In this document: positions 39,271 through 46,788 of the stretch, one piece after another
How the letters are laid out: every line of letters begins with the position of its first letter
Position numbering within the stretch: position 1 is the stretch's first letter
Origin: a virus
Taxonomy: Duplodnaviria; Heunggongvirae; Uroviricota; Caudoviricetes
Strand: one strand, 5' to 3'
IMG/VR virus record: IMGVR_UViG_2896607866_000013
DNA: 46,788 nucleotides
The notes under the pieces: generated by a model
The model's database searches: none
Told to the model about the DNA's origin: nothing
Seen by the model: the letters and a program-made list of their open reading frames with translations, nothing else
Made by a program: the position numbers and the translations under genes

Positions 39271-39862
39271 TTTCCAGACCAACAAACAAGGTACTAACAA
39301 AATTTGGTTGTAACACGGCGTATGGCACATGCGTCGTTAGCGGTCTGGGGACGTTAAAGGGGACAATCCACTCCTTGCTCGGGCAAACAAACCAGGTAGC
39401 CGGAATGTGCAAGTCAATGATGATGCTGATAAGACGCCTAACCAGCGTGGCGATTCGGTTTGACGCCTGGGAAGAGACCAGGGTGCAACGATGAGGGCAT
39501 TTATGGAACCGCGACAAAGTATGGTGCCGTAACTGGCTAAGTGCTCTCAGCGTTGTGGTAATCCGCGAAATGGCGCGGCGGTAAGTATGGCGGGGTTATT
39601 CCTTCCCCGTTGAGGACACCGGGTTGTCAGGTTGACCATACGCTTAAGTGACAAGCCCACCACAACAGCCACTGCTTTGGCGGTACCAGTTTGTACACTT
39701 GCTTCCGGCTGGTACCGCTCTTTTTACAAAACAGAGAAGAGCATCACCGGACGACGGGCTCATAACCCAATCCACCCGGGCGGCTGCCACCGCAGGTGTT
39801 CTTCTCTGTTTTGTGGAGAAACCAACCGACCTTGCAGGGTCGATATGATGAGGAGCAGCAAA
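39271..39862 (+). other. Long structured 5' leader of the early-left operon (no N-like ORF)
   Basis: ~590 nt, GC-rich; terminator-like hairpin 39681-39726; imperfect 16-bp stem-loop 39726-39814; GAGGAG SD at 39851. Confidence 0.4.
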
Positions 39863-40225
39863 ATGGCTAGCGAACGCAGTACTGATGTGCAGGCATTTAT
39901 CGGGGAGCTGGACGGCGGCGTATTTGAAACCAAAATCGGCGCTGTTCTCAGTGAAGTCGCTTCAGGTGTGATGAACACGAAAACCAAAGGGAAGGTCTCG
40001 CTCAACCTGGAAATCGAACCGTTTGATGAGAACCGTGTGAAAATAAAACACAAACTCTCATATGTTCGTCCGACTAACCGCGGGAAAATTTCCGAAGAAG
40101 ACACCACCGAAACGCCGATGTATGTCAATCGCGGTGGTCGCCTGACTATTCTGCAGGAAGACCAGGGACAATTACTGACTCTTGCCGGTGAACCTGACGG
40201 AAAACTCCGCGCAGCAGGTCATTAA
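39863..40225 (+). CDS. Hypothetical protein (YfdP-like by position)
   Basis: 120 aa from ATG 39863 with GAGGAG SD; immediately upstream of the YfdQ-like gene. Confidence 0.55.
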   Translation: MASERSTDVQAFIGELDGGVFETKIGAVLSEVASGVMNTKTKGKVSLNLEIEPFDENRVKIKHKLSYVRPTNRGKISEEDTTETPMYVNRGGRLTILQEDQGQLLTLAGEPDGKLRAAGH

Positions 40226-40290
40226 TATCGTTCTTAATTAACTGATTATTTATCTCATCACTGAATATCTTAATATAGTGAGGACTTATT

Positions 40291-41112
40291 ATGTCTCAGA
40301 ACTTAGACGCAACCGCAATTAATCAAATCCATGCCCTTATTTCTGCTCAGGGTGTTAATGAAATTATCAGTAAGATTGGTGCCGATGCTGTGGCATTGCC
40401 TGAGAATTTCCGCATTCATGATCTGGAAAAATTTAATTTAAATCGCTTCCGTTTCCGTGGTGCGCTTTCCACTGCCAGCATCGATGACTTTACCCGTTAT
40501 TCTAAAGATCTTGCAGATGAAGGCACCCGCTGCTTTATCGATGCTGATAATATGCGTGCCGTCAGTGTGCTTAACCTGGGTACTATTGATGAACCAGGTC
40601 ACGCAGATAACACCGCCACTCTCAAACTGAAAAAGACAGCACCGTTCTCTGCCCTGTTGTCTGTTAACGGCGAGCGTAACTCCCAGAAATCACTGGCAGA
40701 ATGGATTGAAGACTGGGCCGACTACCTTGTGGGCTTTGATGCTAATGGTGACGCCATTCAGGCAACCAAAGCGGCTGCGGCGATCCGTAAAATCACAATT
40801 GAAGCGAACCAGACCGCTGATTTTGAAGATAATGACTTCAGCGGCAAACGCTCCCTGATGGAGTCTGTCGAAGCGAAGACCAAAGACATTATGCCAGTGG
40901 CATTTGAATTTAAATGCGTTCCGTTTGAAGGTCTGAAAGAACGTCCGTTTAAATTACGCCTCAGCATTATCACTGGCGATCGTCCTGTACTGGTTCTGCG
41001 CATTATTCAGCTGGAAGCGGTGCAGGAAGAAATGGCTAACGAATTTCGTGATCTGCTTGTTGAGAAATTCAAAGACAGCAAAGTAGAAACCTTTATTGGT
41101 ACTTTGAGGTAG
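40291..41112 (+). CDS. DUF2303/YfdQ-like protein, C-terminus altered by IS600-like insertion
   Basis: 273 aa; stop codon TAG lies inside the IS left end; without the IS the ORF would continue ~19 codons to a hairpin terminator. Confidence 0.6.
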   Translation: MSQNLDATAINQIHALISAQGVNEIISKIGADAVALPENFRIHDLEKFNLNRFRFRGALSTASIDDFTRYSKDLADEGTRCFIDADNMRAVSVLNLGTIDEPGHADNTATLKLKKTAPFSALLSVNGERNSQKSLAEWIEDWADYLVGFDANGDAIQATKAAAAIRKITIEANQTADFEDNDFSGKRSLMESVEAKTKDIMPVAFEFKCVPFEGLKERPFKLRLSIITGDRPVLVLRIIQLEAVQEEMANEFRDLLVEKFKDSKVETFIGTLR

Positions 41113-41168
41113 CCTGAGTTTAACGGACACTCCTTCCTGAAATAGAATGGCATCAGAAGGAGCTAATA

Positions 41169-41471
41169 ATGAGCAGAAAAACCCAACGTTACTCTAAAGA
41201 GTTCAAAGCCGAAGCTGTCAGAACGGTTCTTGAAAATCAACTTTCGATCAGTGAAGGCGCTTCCCGATTATCTCTTCCTGAAGGCACTTTAGGACAATGG
41301 GTTACCGCCGCCAGAAAAGGGCTCGGTACTCCTGGTTCCCGCACGGTGGCTGAACTGGAATCTGAAATTCTGCAACTGCGTAAGGCGTTAAATGAAGCTC
41401 GCCTTGAGCGAGATATATTAAAAAAAGCAACAGCGTATTTTGCACAGGAGTCGCTGAAAAATACGCGTTAA
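41169..41471 (+). CDS. IS600-like transposase OrfA
   Basis: 100 aa HTH/leucine-zipper OrfA typical of IS3 family. Confidence 0.85.
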   Translation: MSRKTQRYSKEFKAEAVRTVLENQLSISEGASRLSLPEGTLGQWVTAARKGLGTPGSRTVAELESEILQLRKALNEARLERDILKKATAYFAQESLKNTR

Positions 41472-41506
41472 TCGAACAATGGCGACAACAATTTCCCATT
41501 GAAGCG

Positions 41507-42325
41507 ATGTGTCAGGTATTTGGTGTATCCAGGAGCGGTTATTACAACTGGGTACAGCATGAACCCTCAGACAGAAAACAAAGTGATGAGCGGCTAAAAC
41601 TGGAGATTAAGGTGGCACATATCCGCACTCGCGAAACATATGGAACCCGGCGGCTCCAGACGGAGCTGGCAGAGAATGGCATCATCGTTGGTCGTGACCG
41701 ACTGGCACGTCTTCGTAAGGAGCTAAGGCTACGCTGTAAGCAGAAACGCAAGTTCAGAGCGACTACGAACCCGAACCACAATCTGCCAGTTGCGCCAAAT
41801 CTGCTGAACCAGACGTTCGCTCCTACAGCACCAAATCAGGTCTGGGTGGCGGACCTGACGTATGTTGCCACACAGGAGGGATGGTTGTACCTCGCTGGCA
41901 TCAAAGATGTTTATACGTGCGAAATTGTCGGCTACGCCATGGGAGAGCGCATGACAAAAGAGCTGACAGGTAAAGCCCTGTTTATGGCGCTCAGGAGCCA
42001 GCGCCCACCTGCCGGGCTAATCCACCACTCTGATCGAGGTTCACAGTACTGCGCATACGATTACCGGGTCATACAGGAGCAGTTTGGTCTGAAAACATCA
42101 ATGTCGCGTAAAGGTAACTGTTACGACAACGCTCCGATGGAAAGCTTCTGGGGAACGCTGAAAAATGAGAGCCTGAGCCACTATCGTTTTAATAACCGGG
42201 ATGAAGCCATCTCAGTAATACGGGAATACATTGAGATTTTCTACAATCGTCAGCGTCGTCACTCTCGTCTGGGGAATATCTCCCCGGCAGCCTTCAGGGA
42301 AAAATATCATCAGATGGCTGCTTAA
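41507..42325 (+). CDS. IS600-like transposase OrfB (DDE)
   Basis: 272 aa with integrase-core motifs (HSDRGSQY...). Confidence 0.85.
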   Translation: MCQVFGVSRSGYYNWVQHEPSDRKQSDERLKLEIKVAHIRTRETYGTRRLQTELAENGIIVGRDRLARLRKELRLRCKQKRKFRATTNPNHNLPVAPNLLNQTFAPTAPNQVWVADLTYVATQEGWLYLAGIKDVYTCEIVGYAMGERMTKELTGKALFMALRSQRPPAGLIHHSDRGSQYCAYDYRVIQEQFGLKTSMSRKGNCYDNAPMESFWGTLKNESLSHYRFNNRDEAISVIREYIEIFYNRQRRHSRLGNISPAAFREKYHQMAA

Positions 42326-42508
42326 AAAAGAACAAATGGTAGTGTCCGCTATTGCCAGTACACCTCACTTTCACCGCCTGATTTCATTACTGCAAATGCC
42401 CCTGCGGGGGCATTTATGTAAACATAATTTACCCAATAATCGCCAGATGGTGAGGGCTTCCTTTTACCAGAATTCAGCACAGTGCAACGCATATACGTGG
42501 AGAACAAA

Positions 42509-43045
42509 ATGTCATTTATTAAAACTTTTTCCGGGAAGCATTTTTATTATGACAGGATAAATAAAGACGACATCGATATTAACGATATCGCGGTTTCCCT
42601 TTCAAATATCTGTCGCTTTGCCGGTCATCTTTCACACTTCTACAGCGTCGCCCAACATGCGGTGCTTTGCAGCCAGCTGGTACCGCAGGAATTTGCTTTT
42701 GAAGCGTTAATGCATGATGCAACAGAAGCGTATTGCCAGGACATCCCCGCACCACTGAAACGCTTTCTTCCTGACTATAAACGGATGGAAGAAAAAATAG
42801 ACACAGTAATCCGTGAGAAATACGGGTTACCCCCGGTTATGAGTACACCCGTGAAATATGCCGATCTCATCATGCTGGCAACCGAACGCCGCGATCTCGG
42901 GCTTGATGATGGCTCTTTCTGGCCAGTACTGGAAGGCATCTCTGCCACAGAGATGTTCAAAGTTATTCCACTGTCGCCAGGCCATGCCTACGGGATGTTT
43001 ATGGAACGCTTTAACGAGTTATCGGAGTTACGCACATGCGCATGA
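42509..43045 (+). CDS. yfdR: HD-domain 5'-deoxynucleotidase (YfdR-like)
   Basis: ATG at 42509 with GGAGAA SD; HD motif ...MHDATEAY...; length and position match CPS-53 YfdR (recalled). Confidence 0.6.
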   Translation: MSFIKTFSGKHFYYDRINKDDIDINDIAVSLSNICRFAGHLSHFYSVAQHAVLCSQLVPQEFAFEALMHDATEAYCQDIPAPLKRFLPDYKRMEEKIDTVIREKYGLPPVMSTPVKYADLIMLATERRDLGLDDGSFWPVLEGISATEMFKVIPLSPGHAYGMFMERFNELSELRTCA

Positions 43046-43079
43046 GTCTTTCAACTGAACAACCGCTGGAGGGGTAGCA

Positions 43080-43274
43080 ATGAGCAACTTAATGACAACA
43101 AAACAAGTCGCCGAATTCTGTGGCGTTTCAATATCGACGGTGCTTCGCTGGAACAGCGTAAACAGGAGGACAGGCCAGAAATACAGGCCAGATTTTCCAG
43201 ATCCTGATATTAAATCCTGCTCAAATAAATGGGCATCACGCAAAATATACAGATTTGCTGGAGTTATTGAGTAA
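43080..43274 (+). CDS. AlpA/excisionase-like small HTH protein
   Basis: 64 aa MSNLMTTKQVAEFCGVSISTVLRWNS... ; GGAGGGG SD; near int. Confidence 0.55.
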   Translation: MSNLMTTKQVAEFCGVSISTVLRWNSVNRRTGQKYRPDFPDPDIKSCSNKWASRKIYRFAGVIE

Positions 43275-43840
43275 TGAGAGTTAGCCAAGAGGTGAGATAA
43301 TATCCATCTATGGCACAGAACTAAACATAATCTGACTATATGCTCTGTGCCAAAAACAGATGTTATATCATGTATTGTATGCTCATCCTGCAAAATATAA
43401 ATTCCGCAGATACCCCTTACCTCTGAATATTAATCCACAATGGATGCGACAAAAAAGATTTTGAGTTGGCATCAGGCGAAATATTAATAATTATAATACC
43501 CCATGCACAATGCCATCTGAGTCATCATATCCTGGTCTCTATCAATATTTATCTTGCCATCAGAAAAATCCAACACAAAGAAATGATGAAATTTCGGCGG
43601 AACAACTTTAGAGTAAAAGCAGAAATACTCATTATTCCTTTCATATTGAAAATTAACGTATATTTTTTTAATTTTTTTATTTTCCACCAGGTCCATAAAC
43701 ATTTTATTTAAATCTGACCTTTTACTTTCCTTGTCATCATCTTGAAGCTTAGGATCAAAGTAACGTATTAAGCAGTTTTCAATAATTCTCCCCTCATTAT
43801 CAACATCAATTTCATCCAGTAGAGAGGTAATGACTCCAAC

Positions 43841-44344
43841 TTACTGATAGTGTTTTATGTTCAGATAATGCCCGATGACCTTGTCATGCAGCTCCACCGA
43901 TTTTGAGAACGACAGTGACTTCCGTCCCAGCCTTGCCAGATGTTGTCTCAGATTCAGATTATGTCGCTCAATGCGCTGAGTGTAACGCTTGCTGATAACG
44001 TGCAGCTTTCCCTTCAGGCGTGATTCATACAGCGGCCAGCCATCCGTCATCCATACCACGACCTCAAAGGCCGACAGCAGGCTCAGAAGACGCTCCAGTG
44101 TGGCCAGAGTGCGTTCACCGAAGACGTGCGCCACAACCGTCCTCCGTATCCTGTCATACGCGTAAAACAGCCAGCGCTGACGTGATTTAGCACCGACGTA
44201 GCCCCAATGTTCGTCCATTTCAGCGCAGACAATCACATCACTGCCCGGTTGTATGCGCGAGGTTACCGACTGCGGCCTGAGTTTTTTAAGTGACGTAAAA
44301 CCGTGTTGAGGCCAACGCCCATAATGCGTGCACTGGCGCGACAT
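43841..44344 (-). CDS. insB: IS1 InsB frame (InsAB' transposase by frameshift)
   Basis: 167 aa IS1 InsB sequence. Confidence 0.9.
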   Translation of the reverse strand: MSRQCTHYGRWPQHGFTSLKKLRPQSVTSRIQPGSDVIVCAEMDEHWGYVGAKSRQRWLFYAYDRIRRTVVAHVFGERTLATLERLLSLLSAFEVVVWMTDGWPLYESRLKGKLHVISKRYTQRIERHNLNLRQHLARLGRKSLSFSKSVELHDKVIGHYLNIKHYQ

Positions 44345-44538
44345 CCGACGCCATTCATGGCCATATCAATGATTTTCTGGTGCGTACCGGGCTGAGAGGC
44401 GGTGTAAGTGAACTGTAGTTGCCATGTTTTACGGCAATGAGAGCAGAGATAGCGCTGATGTCCGGCAGTGCTTTTGCCGTTACGCACCACGCCTTCAGTA
44501 GCGGAGCAGGAAGGACATCTGATGGAAATGGAAGCCAC
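44263..44538 (-). CDS. insA: IS1 InsA
   Basis: 91 aa [23 protein letters not shown]... zinc-finger/HTH InsA. Confidence 0.9.
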   Translation of the reverse strand: MASISIRCPSCSATEGVVRNGKSTAGHQRYLCSHCRKTWQLQFTYTASQPGTHQKIIDMAMNGVGCRASARIMGVGLNTVLRHLKNSGRSR

Positions 44539-45552
44539 GCAAGCACCTTAAAATCACCATCATACACTAAATCAGTAAGTTGGCAGCATTACCCAGTAGA
44601 GAATTTGAAATATTAAAGACCACATTACATTTATTATTCAGAGATATAATCCTTGGATTAAATATACTAAAACAAACAAAAAAATCATTATCGTCATTTG
44701 AAACGCTATACAGCATCTTTGATAAGCCACGGTGAATAAAATCAACAGGGCGCCGATGCGGATGACGTGTATATCCTACGTAATGCACTTCTGTATGAAT
44801 TCCTAAATCAATATAATGTCCGTTTACGAAATCATGAACTGACATCACACATAAATTGCCATTTTCATATTCAATGTAGAGAAACTTCTCAGTTACTCTA
44901 ACATTTGGAGTTACCTTCACTACCCCATTCTGCGTAAACGTGCAAAAGGAATATTTTATCCGAAGCTTTCGCTCTTCTTTGCCAATCAACAGAGTGAATA
45001 CTATATTTTTTGTGAATGGGTTATACCTAGGCTGTTTCTTGGTTGAAAACCTCACTTTTTTTCTTGAACCTAAGAAATAAATAAATCTCTTTTCACAGCT
45101 TTCCCTCGTATATTTTTCCATAATTCTGAGATAGTTCTTTATTATCTTATTTGTTCTTATATCATCAGGAGGATTAATTATCATATCATACCAAATACAA
45201 TCGGTGTTAATGAGATCAATCCACAATGACTTATCGGCTTCTGAGAAAACCACGTTAGAGTTTATAAAATCAAAGTTTCCGCGAGTCATAAAACACTTCA
45301 TCACATTAAAAATCACCTGCACATAATAAATTAAGTAGCAGAAGGTTCGCAAACCCTTGCTTCTGTTTGTGCTATGATATTTTTCATAATTCATCGATTG
45401 GCATCCCTACATCCTTAGTCCCACAGTAACCCAATAAACCATCAAACTCCTGCCGACACCCCAAATACTGAAGCTACCGGTTAACGTAGTCTGGCTAAAA
45501 ACCCAGTACACAAGGTATCCGCAGCGGACTGGCAGATATGATTACGCTCTGG

Positions 45553-46788
45553 CTACGCAAACTGTCCGTTGGAGATTAAGTCAGTACAAGTAACGATCGA
45601 TTCAACCCTCTCCCACCATGCCCAGTAAGCTTTACGCTGTTCTTCTAGATAATCGCTCTTATCATAAACTTGCCATACACCTGGCAGTTTATGACCAAGC
45701 ATTATTTCAGCAATATGAGGAGCAGTAAGATCAGAAAAGTTTGTTCGTGCTGTTCGTCTCAAATCATGAAGAGACCAATGAGGAAATTGATACCCCAAAC
45801 GTCGCCATGCGAACTGCATTAAATTGTAAGGCAGCGACTGCAATGATGTCCGACCAACTGGCTCCCTGCTTCCTTCCTTAGTAAAAAGCATATCGGAACC
45901 GTTGTTCATAGAGATAACGTATTTTATAAGCTCTTCAACCGGTTCAATAATGGGCCGCTTTAGCGGTTCGCCTGTTATGTCCCCAGTCTTATGTCGTTCT
46001 GGTGGTACAGTCCATACCTTATTTATGAAATCAAAATCATCCACCCTAGCAGTAATTAGCTCTGAACTACGGCAACCAAAATGCAGCAATAGTTTAATGA
46101 AGGCTCGGTATTTAGGAACCATTCGAGAACCATCGATCGCAGCATAAAGGATGTTAATTTCATCATGTGTCAGAAACCGTTTTTTCTGACCTTTACGGAT
46201 ATCCATATCTTTACCCGTGATATCCGACAGTGGGCGAGTTTCAATGAGCTTTCTCTTATACGCCCAGACATGAGCCTGCTTTGCGTTAATTAGCAATCGG
46301 TCTACTATTGCTGGAGTCTTGGTGCTAAGAGGCTCCAGGACTTCTAACCAATCATGCAATGTAGCTGCATCGTGAGGGATATTCCCGATTTTAGAGAACA
46401 GGTGCAGCTCAAACGAGCGGAGTATCTGTTCAGAACCTTTTTTATTTTTTACACAATATGCTTCATACCAGGCACGGATCACAGACTCTACCGTCATGGC
46501 TTCAGTAGCTTTTCGTTTTTCAGCCTGCTTGACTAATCGTGGATTGCGGTTTGACTCGAGTTCACCACGGAGACGGATAACTTCTTCTCTGGCCTCTTTT
46601 AATCCAGTTGCCGGGTAAGTTCCGATATCAAGGCGCTCACCTTTCCCTGCCCATTGATAACGATATTGGAACACTACGCGACCTTTCGGTGATACTCTGA
46701 CAGACAGACCATCACGATCGGATTTAACCAAAACCTTATCACGTTCCTTTCCAACGACTGAACGCAACCACGCATCAGACAGCGCCAT
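45553..46788 (-). CDS. int: Tyrosine integrase (P4-type, N-terminal arm-binding domain)
   Basis: 411 aa; C-terminal catalytic region with R...HDLRRT...Y motifs; ATG is the last 3 bases of the window, so the att site is outside the window. Confidence 0.85.
   Translation of the reverse strand: MALSDAWLRSVVGKERDKVLVKSDRDGLSVRVSPKGRVVFQYRYQWAGKGERLDIGTYPATGLKEAREEVIRLRGELESNRNPRLVKQAEKRKATEAMTVESVIRAWYEAYCVKNKKGSEQILRSFELHLFSKIGNIPHDAATLHDWLEVLEPLSTKTPAIVDRLLINAKQAHVWAYKRKLIETRPLSDITGKDMDIRKGQKKRFLTHDEINILYAAIDGSRMVPKYRAFIKLLLHFGCRSSELITARVDDFDFINKVWTVPPERHKTGDITGEPLKRPIIEPVEELIKYVISMNNGSDMLFTKEGSREPVGRTSLQSLPYNLMQFAWRRLGYQFPHWSLHDLRRTARTNFSDLTAPHIAEIMLGHKLPGVWQVYDKSDYLEEQRKAYWAWWERVESIVTCTDLISNGQFA

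Larger units (their letters stand above)
41105..42367 (+). mobile_element. IS3-family insertion sequence (IS600-like), 1263 bp, 3-bp TSD CTT
   Basis: orfA MSRKTQRYSKEFKAEAVRTV... and DDE orfB in -1 frame, A7G slippery run near orfA end; ends TGAGG...CCTCA; CTT at 41102-41104 and 42368-42370. Confidence 0.9.
43826..44593 (-). mobile_element. IS1 (768 bp) with 9-bp TSD CAGTAGAGA
   Basis: IS1 ends GGTAATGACTCCAACTTA... and ...TAAGTTGGCAGCATTACC; insA/insB ORFs; identical 9-mer at 43817-43825 and 44594-44602. Confidence 0.95.
43484..45394 (-). pseudogene. AT-rich gene of unknown function (about 377 codons) split by IS1
   Basis: N-terminal 267 codons (44594-45394) and C-terminal 110 codons (43484-43816) join in frame once IS1 and one TSD copy are removed; base composition visibly AT-rich versus the rest of the prophage. 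Confidence 0.6.

Noticed and set aside
39216-39494. 92-aa + strand ORF in the pL leader (and 86-aa antisense ORF 39257-39517)
   Set aside because: Starts inside the OL operator, no SD, no N-like arginine-rich motif; region treated as non-coding leader.
43412-43426. 14-mer CCCCTTACCTCTGAA shared with the ends of the Rha genes (near 35560 and 36430)
   Set aside because: A single 14-bp match between two places in a 47-kb window is within chance expectation and has no flanking similarity.

Overview
This window is a nearly complete lambda-like (cos-type) prophage of an Escherichia/Shigella-type host, lying with the phage map reversed relative to the + strand. From right to left: tyrosine integrase at the window edge (45553-46788, -); an early-left module (AlpA-like Xis, YfdR/YfdQ/YfdP-like genes); the immunity region (cI on +, 38468-39160; cro on -); a replication/nin-like region (CII-like, two tandem Rha-family genes, O-like protein, Dam-like MTase, RusA, KilA-N, DUF968); Q antiterminator with a tR'-like terminator; a late region carrying an orphan MTase, three tRNAs, a NanS-p-like esterase and a pinholin / SAR-endolysin / Rz-Rz1 lysis cassette; cos (cosN 22855-22866); then Nu1, A, W, B, C, D, E, FI-like, FII, Z, U, V, G/G-T, H, M, L, K, I, J, lom, stf, tfa. 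Three IS elements (IS1, IS600-like, IS911-like) are inserted with intact target-site duplications, and head gene C has an internal frameshifting deletion, so the prophage is probably defective. The most interesting unexplained items are an AT-rich 377-codon gene next to int that IS1 has split, a ~590-nt structured leader after the putative pL with no N-like gene, a tandem duplicated Rha-family array, a 32-codon membrane-peptide ORF inside the lysis cassette, and a terminator-bounded insert between tail genes I and J. All calls are from reading the sequence and recalled family signatures; no searches or folding computations were run. Coordinates are anchored to ORF-track boundaries; non-coding features may be off by a few bases.
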